Virus record (IMG/VR): IMGVR_UViG_3300001530_000094
DNA length: 64,000 nt
Strand: one strand, 5' to 3'
Source: a virus
A program made the position numbers and the translations under genes. Below the pieces are notes generated by a model, which searched no databases, was not told where the DNA came from, and worked only from the letters and a program-made list of their open reading frames with translations. Shown piece by piece: positions 57,568-64,000 of this stretch (position 1 is the first letter of the stretch; each line of letters begins with the position of its first letter).

Positions 57568-57795
57568 ATGGATGTAGATGAATTTAGAGTAGAGTTAACT
57601 CTATTATTTAAAGATGGAAGTGTTAGAGAAGTAGCTTTTGAAAGAGTAGAAAATTTACAAGTAGACTATGAGCATAACAAACTTAGCTTATTTGATTTAA
57701 CAGTAGGAATGTGGTATAACTATCACTTTAGAGAAAAAGGTGACGAAAAAGATGGTGTTGCTATAGGAATTAAAGATTTTAGAGTAATTTTATAG
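57568..57795 (+). CDS. hypothetical protein
   Basis: ORF. Confidence 0.55.
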   Translation: MDVDEFRVELTLLFKDGSVREVAFERVENLQVDYEHNKLSLFDLTVGMWYNYHFREKGDEKDGVAIGIKDFRVIL

Positions 57796-57798
57796 AGG

Positions 57799-58239
57799 AT
57801 GGTGAATAGTATGATTGTAAAGTATACTTTTAATGATAATGATTTCACTCAGATTATAGAAAGATACTTAGATGAGTTTGGACCTTTTGGAAGATGGGTC
57901 TCTGGAGGAAATGTAGATAGAATAACAGATTTAATGAAGATATATGATAAGCATAATGATAAATATGAAGAAGAAAAAGAATTATCTAAAGAGGCATTCT
58001 TAACTATAAAGAATGAACTTTTAAAAGAATTGTATCGCCATTTTATAGCATATATCAATAGTATACAAGAAAACAGTGAATGGGAGACAGAAGGATTTAA
58101 TGCAAGAGGTTTAGTGGATAATAGAGAATACATAATAGATAACATAAAGATTAGCTTAGTTAAAAACATTCCAGACCAATGGGAAAACGGAGAAGTAGTT
58201 TATTACGTAGCTAGTTCAATGAAATACATAACAATGTAG
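57799..58239 (+). CDS. hypothetical protein (true start may be slightly downstream)
   Basis: ORF. Confidence 0.55.
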   Translation: MVNSMIVKYTFNDNDFTQIIERYLDEFGPFGRWVSGGNVDRITDLMKIYDKHNDKYEEEKELSKEAFLTIKNELLKELYRHFIAYINSIQENSEWETEGFNARGLVDNREYIIDNIKISLVKNIPDQWENGEVVYYVASSMKYITM

Positions 58240-58252
58240 AAAGGAGAGTATT

Positions 58253-58561
58253 GTGGAAACTTTAGGAATAATAAGAAGAATAGATGACTTAGGTAGAATA
58301 ATAATACCTAAAGATTTAAGAAAAGCATGTGATTTAAAAGAAGGAGATGCTTTGGAGATAATTATAGACAAAGATAAAAATATAATTATGAAGAAAAGAG
58401 AAGAAGTTGAAGTAAGTTTATTAGATAAGTATAATGACAAATTAGTTGAATTAAAAAATAAAATGGCAGAAGCTTATATAGAAAAAGATGATGAGCAATT
58501 TAGATTATTAGAAGCTCAAAAAGATTTAGTAGAAGAAGTTATAAAAGATTTAAGAAAATAG
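58253..58561 (+). CDS. AbrB/SpoVT-like transition-state regulator
   Basis: LGIIRRIDDLGRIIIPKDLRKACDLKEGDALEIIID. Confidence 0.9.
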   Translation: METLGIIRRIDDLGRIIIPKDLRKACDLKEGDALEIIIDKDKNIIMKKREEVEVSLLDKYNDKLVELKNKMAEAYIEKDDEQFRLLEAQKDLVEEVIKDLRK

Positions 58562-58580
58562 TACTGAAAGGGTGAAATAA

Positions 58581-58742
58581 AATGGATAAAGTATATGTAT
58601 GCTGTTTATGTGGTAAACTTTGTAAAGGGTATGGGAATAATCCTAAACCGTTGTCGAACAATGAAAATGATAGATGTTGTGATGAATGCAATGACAAAGT
58701 AATAATAGCAAGAATAATGAATTTAGTAAATTCAGAGGACTA
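58581..58742 (+). CDS. small zinc-finger protein (below track length cut-off)
   Basis: MDKVYVCCLCGKLCKGYGNNPKPLSNNENDRCCDECNDKVIIARIMNLVNSED*. Confidence 0.7.
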
Positions 58743-58785
58743 GTAAAATAGTCCTCTTTACATATTATCATTAAGAGGTGATAAT

Positions 58786-59112
58786 ATGGAAGAAGTATTA
58801 ATGATTAAAAATATTTTTGATTTAGCTAGAAAGTATAGTGCAAATAAAGCAACTTTAGATTATAAGACTCAGGATAGAAAAGGACAAGACATAGTTATTT
58901 ATTTAATCTTAGATGATATAGAATTTAATTCTTCAGATGAGCTATATAATTATTTAACTTCTAAATATAAAAGTCTCGGTGATTATTCTAGTGCTTCTGA
59001 ATTTAAAGAAATACCTATTAAAATAGAAGATATTAATAAAAATGAGTCTTTGATTAAATTTAATTTAGAACACATGGAGTTTGAGATGAAAGTGAAGAAG
59101 GAGCTAATATGA
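58786..59112 (+). CDS. hypothetical protein
   Basis: ORF. Confidence 0.55.
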   Translation: MEEVLMIKNIFDLARKYSANKATLDYKTQDRKGQDIVIYLILDDIEFNSSDELYNYLTSKYKSLGDYSSASEFKEIPIKIEDINKNESLIKFNLEHMEFEMKVKKELI

Positions 59113-59363
59113 AGAAATATAAAGTTTATTTAGATGCATTAAAATGTAATAGAATGTATAGTTCTTTTATTAAAAATTGTGATTTAGGGATAGAAGAATT
59201 TGGTGTTCCTATCTCTATTTCATTTACTATAGAACAAGAACCTACAAAAGAAATAATAGATAAAATAATAGAGGTTCATAACAGTACTAAAGAACATAAA
59301 GAATTTGAATGGTATTTTAGTCAAGTTAAACTTAATAGAATAGAGTTAATTAGTGAGGAATAA
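59109..59363 (+). CDS. hypothetical protein
   Basis: ORF. Confidence 0.55.
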   Translation: MKKYKVYLDALKCNRMYSSFIKNCDLGIEEFGVPISISFTIEQEPTKEIIDKIIEVHNSTKEHKEFEWYFSQVKLNRIELISEE

Positions 59364-59366
59364 TTT

Positions 59367-59630
59367 ATGCAGAAATTAATTGATATTACAGGTAATAAAT
59401 ATCATCATTTAACAGTTTTAGGTCTTGACCATATAGGATATAGAAAAAATGGTAAAAGTAGAAGCTATTGGAAATGTAAATGTGATTGTGGGAATATAAA
59501 AATATTAAGAAAAGACGAATTTATTTATCCATATAGTAAAACTAAGTCATGTGGCTGCTGGCATATAGAAGAAAGCAGTAAAAGACCTAGAGATAAAGAA
59601 ACAGGAAAGTATATATTAATACAGAGGTGA
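59367..59630 (+). CDS. zinc-binding phage protein
   Basis: WKCKCDCGNIKILRKDEFIYPYSKTKSCGC. Confidence 0.65.
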   Translation: MQKLIDITGNKYHHLTVLGLDHIGYRKNGKSRSYWKCKCDCGNIKILRKDEFIYPYSKTKSCGCWHIEESSKRPRDKETGKYILIQR

Positions 59631-59923
59631 TATTTATGAATGAAGAAATAGTACATAGAGAATTAGCTAGAAGATTAGCTGTAAGAAGTATTGAAGATTA
59701 TAGACAAAGATTTTTATTAGAAGAGGATTTATTAAGTGGAGTAGATAGACAGAAGATTTTAGATGAGATTGATGATATTAAAGAAAATGTAAAACTAGAT
59801 GACAGAAGAAAATTATTAGCCGAAAGAGATATGTATAAGAAATTAGTTGAAGAACTTGAGAAGAAATTGACTCTGTATCATTTAGCAGATGATAGAGATT
59901 GTGATGAAGAGTTTGAAATATAA
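59627..59923 (+). CDS. hypothetical protein
   Basis: ORF. Confidence 0.5.
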   Translation: MIFMNEEIVHRELARRLAVRSIEDYRQRFLLEEDLLSGVDRQKILDEIDDIKENVKLDDRRKLLAERDMYKKLVEELEKKLTLYHLADDRDCDEEFEI

Positions 59924-59933
59924 GGAGACAGAA

Positions 59934-60140
59934 ATGAATATTAAAGAAAAATTAAATTTATTAGCAATAGCAAAGAACAAATTTGAAATTAAAGATGTTG
60001 TAAAAAATGATGGTACTCAAACTTATGAAGTATTACACTTGCAAGCAGATTTAGCAGCTTGTATAACAGTAATTAATCAGGGAAGTAATATAAGTGTAAG
60101 TTATTTTAGAACTGATTGCTATAATAGTGGAACAGAGTAG
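59934..60140 (+). CDS. hypothetical protein
   Basis: ATG 59934 preferred (MNIKEKLNLLAIAKNKFEIKDV). Confidence 0.5.
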   Translation: MNIKEKLNLLAIAKNKFEIKDVVKNDGTQTYEVLHLQADLAACITVINQGSNISVSYFRTDCYNSGTE

Positions 60141-60205
60141 TTGTATATAGATACTGTAGCTCTAGAAGAGTTAAAGACTTTCTGTGAATTTTTAATGAAA
60201 TAGAG

Positions 60206-60508
60206 GTGAATAAAATGATATTAAATAAAACAGTTATAATATTTAGAGGAGATACTGTAATATCTCCAGCAGTAGGATTAAAGACTGGTAATGGTAAGAT
60301 AATGCTAGATGAATTAGAAAAACCAGTGAAAATAGGTTCTAGAATAGATTTAAGAGGAGAAGATTTACCTCATCCTGTAGAATTAATCTTTGAAAAGAAA
60401 GAGTCCGTAGATGCTTTAATTAAACAATTGAAAGTTGTAAAGAAAGATATGATAAAGTTTGAAAAAGGAGAGTTGAAAGATGAGCAAAGTAAGCAAGAAA
60501 GTAAATGA
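60206..60508 (+). CDS. hypothetical protein
   Basis: ORF. Confidence 0.5.
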   Translation: MNKMILNKTVIIFRGDTVISPAVGLKTGNGKIMLDELEKPVKIGSRIDLRGEDLPHPVELIFEKKESVDALIKQLKVVKKDMIKFEKGELKDEQSKQESK

Positions 60509-60710
60509 AATTAAAGAAAAACTAGATAGTATTAGTGGATTAGATGATGATTATGTATACAGCTGGATAGAGTCTATAGATAAAATAGTTACTCCTATAG
60601 TAGATATCTGTAGTACCTGGTCTGAGGAAGAAGATGAAAAAGGAACTATTTTCTACAAGAAGAGAGTAGAAAGTCCGCTAAAAGAACTATTTAATAAGAA
60701 TGAAGATTAA
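60480..60710 (+). CDS. hypothetical protein
   Basis: ORF. Confidence 0.5.
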   Translation: MSKVSKKVNEIKEKLDSISGLDDDYVYSWIESIDKIVTPIVDICSTWSEEEDEKGTIFYKKRVESPLKELFNKNED

Positions 60711-60751
60711 AAGTATACAAATGTATACTTTATTTTTTATCAAATTTATAG

Positions 60752-60780
60752 TTTACAAATTTGAAATATTATGATATAAT
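60752..60780 (+). promoter_or_regulatory. sigma-70-type promoter
   Basis: TTTACA-17-TATAAT with TG extended -10. Confidence 0.82.
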
Positions 60781-60807
60781 ATTAATTATAGATTAGAGAA
60801 AAAGGAG

Positions 60808-62904
60808 ATGGGATTATTGATAGATAAAGAAGAATTACAGAAGCATAGGGATAAAATATTTAATGATATTTTAGAAATGCTAGAAACAAATCAAAGAGTA
60901 GGATGTGTACAGCCAACTGGTGTGGGTAAATCTTATTGTATTGCTAGACTTTGTAACAAGTTGAAAGGAAAGAAATTAGTTTTAGAACCGGGAAATGAGG
61001 TAATAAACTATATGCAGAAGTTTAACATTGAAACTCCTGACACAGACTATATTACATACTATAGTTTATTAAAACCATCAGCTACAGATTTAGCTAATAT
61101 GTTTAAAGAGTATGATTATATATTTTTAGATGAAATGCACAGAGCATTAGCAGACAAATGGGGTAAACAGTTAGATAAAACATTCGCTATATTGGATGTG
61201 TTAGAAGCAAAGTATAAAATTTTAGGTTTTAGTGCTACTCCTACTAGAATGGATAATAGAGATGCAGTGGAGGAGATATTTAACGGAGTTCAGATAGAAC
61301 CGTATTATTTACAAGATGCTATATTAGATGGAATACTTCCTAATATAGAGTATCATTCTAGTATATATGAGATTACAGACAAAGACAAAAATAGAATAAA
61401 ATTAAAAGACACTCCATTAGCTAAACAGATACTTAGTTATGACATAGATGAAGGAGTTTCAAAAATATTTCAAGAAAATCTAGATTTATCTCAACCTCAT
61501 CATATAATAGTATTTGTGGATAGAATTGTAAATATACCTGAAGCTATAGACAATATGAAGAAATGGCTAAAAGTAGATTTTAGTATCTACAAAGCTCATA
61601 GTAAAATGTCATATAAAGAAAGTAAAGAAGCTATAGAAAATTTTCAAAAAGACAAAGGTTTATCTTTAATGTTTGCTGTAGATATTTTAAATGAGGGAGT
61701 TCACTTAGATAAAGTTGATACTTCAGTATTTTTAAGAAAAACTTCTAGTACTAGGGTATATAATCAACAACTAGGAAGAGTAATTTCTGATACAATAGAA
61801 AACCCTAAAGTATTTGATTTAGTAAATAATATAGATAATTTAGACGCTGGGTATGCTTTTATATTTAAAGAGAAAGCTGATAAACTAAATATTAAAACAG
61901 AACAACTAGTTACTAAAAGTGGAGAATATCTAAAAATTACTACTCATCAAGAAGATTTAATAAAAAAGTTAAAAATGTGTAATAGAAAGTTGAGTGATGG
62001 TGAAAAACAATTTATAAAAGATAATTATAAAAATATGACTAATAAAGAAATAGCAACTTATCTTAATAGAAGTGAAGCTACTATAATTAAATTTAAGTCA
62101 GACTCTGGTTTAACTTGCCCACGTAAATTATTATCTGAGAGAGAAAAACAGTTTATAAAAGATAACTGTAATTATATGAGTGTTACTGAGATGAGTAAAA
62201 TTTTAAATAGAGATAGAAATGTATTATATAGATATATTTCTAAAGAAGGATTGAATTGTCTTAAACTTAAACAACACACCAAAATATCTGAGGAAAAGAT
62301 ACAATACATAAAAGATAATTCCTATAAAATGACTGCAAAACAGTTGTCAGAGAATACTGGTATTAATATATACACGATAACAAAAATATTAAATAGATAT
62401 AACTTAAAATATCTTAAAAAGAGTAATATATTTACTGATGAAGAAGATATGCAATTGAAAAATTATATTGAATCTGGCTTAAAAAGTAAAGATATAGCAA
62501 TTAAAATGGATAGAGATAGAGGAGTTATTCTTCAGCATGCTTATATAAAAGGGTACACATGGCCGGGAAAAAGAAGAGTTTTGTATGAATGGAAAGAATT
62601 TATAGATAAAAATGCTCATAATATGACTGTAAATGAAATGTGTAAACATACTGGCATAAAAGAGCCTACTCTTAGGTCTTATTATTCTAAAAATAATATA
62701 TCATATAAAAAATTAAATGGTGGAGCTGGTAAAAAAGAAAAAAGACTGAGTAAACAGCAGAAACAGTGGATAAAAAATAATTCTTATAACAATACATGTA
62801 GAGCTATGTCAGATATTTTAGAAATACCTATAATGACCATTTATAATTACTGTAAAAGACATAATTTGCCTTTTATAAGAGAAAGATTTTCAAAATATCA
62901 ATAA
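60808..62904 (+). CDS. SF2 (DEAD/DEAH-like) helicase fused to a tandem array of helix-turn-helix domains
   Basis: VGCVQPTGVGKSYCIARL, YIFLDEMHRALA, LGFSATPTR, SSTRVYNQQLGR; C-terminal repeats LSxxEKQFIKDNYxxMTxxEIAxxLNR. Confidence 0.88.
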   Translation: MGLLIDKEELQKHRDKIFNDILEMLETNQRVGCVQPTGVGKSYCIARLCNKLKGKKLVLEPGNEVINYMQKFNIETPDTDYITYYSLLKPSATDLANMFKEYDYIFLDEMHRALADKWGKQLDKTFAILDVLEAKYKILGFSATPTRMDNRDAVEEIFNGVQIEPYYLQDAILDGILPNIEYHSSIYEITDKDKNRIKLKDTPLAKQILSYDIDEGVSKIFQENLDLSQPHHIIVFVDRIVNIPEAIDNMKKWLKVDFSIYKAHSKMSYKESKEAIENFQKDKGLSLMFAVDILNEGVHLDKVDTSVFLRKTSSTRVYNQQLGRVISDTIENPKVFDLVNNIDNLDAGYAFIFKEKADKLNIKTEQLVTKSGEYLKITTHQEDLIKKLKMCNRKLSDGEKQFIKDNYKNMTNKEIATYLNRSEATIIKFKSDSGLTCPRKLLSEREKQFIKDNCNYMSVTEMSKILNRDRNVLYRYISKEGLNCLKLKQHTKISEEKIQYIKDNSYKMTAKQLSENTGINIYTITKILNRYNLKYLKKSNIFTDEEDMQLKNYIESGLKSKDIAIKMDRDRGVILQHAYIKGYTWPGKRRVLYEWKEFIDKNAHNMTVNEMCKHTGIKEPTLRSYYSKNNISYKKLNGGAGKKEKRLSKQQKQWIKNNSYNNTCRAMSDILEIPIMTIYNYCKRHNLPFIRERFSKYQ

Positions 62905-62912
62905 TAAAAATT

Positions 62913-62948
62913 CTCCTAGTAACATATTATTACTAGGAGTTTTATTTT
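62913..62948 (+). terminator. intrinsic terminator
   Basis: ctcctagtaa/ttactaggag stem + T-rich tail. Confidence 0.85.
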
Positions 62949-62965
62949 GTAAGGAGGAAAGAAAA

Positions 62966-64000
62966 TTGGCGCAGTTAGATGTCTTAAGAAAAAAGTGTGA
63001 AATGTTAGGTTTAGAACCTGAAAAAACTCGTAATAGAGTAAATAAAGAAACTGGAGAAAGATATAGAGAAAGTACAATTGATAGTTGTAAAACAGCTCTT
63101 CAACAGTATTATATTAAAAAATATAGGGAGGAAGGTACTTTAAATCCATTCGTAGAGAGAATATTACAATTTCCACCTATGTTAGCAGCTCAAATGAAAA
63201 CTTTAAAAGAAAAAGAAATTCCCATTCTTTGGGAAGAAGACAATGATTGGATAGCTACAGAGAAAATAGACGGAAATAGAATGAGATATTGTTATAATAA
63301 AGATTACGGAGTAGAATATTTTTCTAGAAATTTATCTGAAGGACAAGATGGAGATTATTTACCGATTAGATATTCTAATAAGTTAACTATTCCTAGGCCA
63401 GAAATGGAGGCTCTTAATGCAATGGGAATTTTTGACTTTATTATAGATGCAGAATTAGTACCATATTTTGATACTATAAGAAGTTTCCCTAATAGAAAGA
63501 AAATAAATGGAGTTTGGACAGATGTGATGGAAGTTCCTATAGCAGATACTCAATTAAACTTCACTACTTCAGTTTTAGGAGCTTTAGATGATTTATCTCA
63601 TAGAATGCAAGAGACTAATCCCATGAAATTAATGGCATTTGATTTGATTTCATTTAATGGAGAAGATTTAACTAAGCTCCCACTAAAAGATAGATTGAAT
63701 AAGCTTAAAGCTTTATTAACTATACTTAAGAACTATGGAGTAGGAGATAGAATACAACTAGTAAAAGGGACTACTACAGAAAAAGTGAAATTTTATCAAG
63801 ATATAGTAAGTAGAGGTGGAGAAGGTTGTGTTTTGAAGGATTTAAGGGCTCCGTATATGTCTGGAAAGAGAGATAAAGTGTGGGTAAAAGCTAAACGTTC
63901 TGTATCAGGTTCTTTCTTAGAAGAAAAAGCTGGAGATACTATAGATGCTTTTGTAATAGGTTATAAAAGAGGTAATGAAGGAACCAACATTGAAAATTAT
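62966..64000 (+). CDS. ATP-dependent DNA ligase (runs off window; absent from ORF track)
   Basis: TTG start after aaggagg; MAQLDVLRKKCEMLGLEPEKT...WIATEKIDGNRMRYCYN (KxDG)...FDFIIDAEL...GGEGCVLKDLRAPY...VWVKAKR. Confidence 0.85.
   Translation, partial: MAQLDVLRKKCEMLGLEPEKTRNRVNKETGERYRESTIDSCKTALQQYYIKKYREEGTLNPFVERILQFPPMLAAQMKTLKEKEIPILWEEDNDWIATEKIDGNRMRYCYNKDYGVEYFSRNLSEGQDGDYLPIRYSNKLTIPRPEMEALNAMGIFDFIIDAELVPYFDTIRSFPNRKKINGVWTDVMEVPIADTQLNFTTSVLGALDDLSHRMQETNPMKLMAFDLISFNGEDLTKLPLKDRLNKLKALLTILKNYGVGDRIQLVKGTTTEKVKFYQDIVSRGGEGCVLKDLRAPYMSGKRDKVWVKAKRSVSGSFLEEKAGDTIDAFVIGYKRGNEGTNIENY

Noticed and set aside
841-63400. Other cgg trinucleotides (e.g. 887 AGC GGA, 1169 TAC GGA, 1833 CCG GAA, 8380 CGC GGT, 14402 ATC GGC, 25316 GCG GAG, 28864 CCG GAT, 54961 CGC GGA)
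   Set aside because: All are out of frame in their genes, so they are not CGG codons and no frameshift is expected or seen.
1-64000. Stop-codon reassignment
   Set aside because: TAA, TAG and TGA all terminate normal genes here, and the zero-frame stops near CGG sites are bypassed by a frame change, not readthrough (the downstream homologous frame is +1).

Overview
AT-rich window from a large tailed-phage genome (probably T4-like/jumbo, Firmicutes-type host), coded almost entirely on the + strand. Contents: nucleotide metabolism (ThyX, SHMT, dCMP deaminase, dUTPase, dNMP kinase, a ThyA-superfamily enzyme), replication (flap nuclease, SbcD-like nuclease, DnaN-like clamp, DnaX-like loader, TOPRIM primase-like protein, SF2 helicase, ATP-dependent ligase), host-like regulators (HU, SpoVG, AbrB, sigma-like), a flotillin, a GroEL-like chaperonin, a roughly 1.2-kb structured non-coding RNA region containing tRNA-Thr, then TerL, portal and many tail/adhesin genes including BspA-like LRR paralogs. 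The main observation is systematic. Twelve in-frame CGG codons in nine genes each sit exactly where the reading frame must move +1 (the C is skipped and a GGN glycine codon is read) to restore a full-length, often recognisable protein. Examples are TerL (2 sites), an ABC/SMC-like ATPase (2 sites, regenerating GPN-G-CGKT and SE-G-Q), a TOPRIM protein and several tail proteins. By manual scan I found only one other in-frame CGG in a credible gene (a MazG-like ORF, codon 6) that is not followed by a shift. The 12 upstream codons differ and mostly cannot re-pair in +1, so ordinary P-site slippage is a poor explanation. Dedicated CGGN quadruplet decoding or C-skipping, an RNA-level C deletion, or (to be excluded) a systematic sequencing artefact are the candidate explanations.
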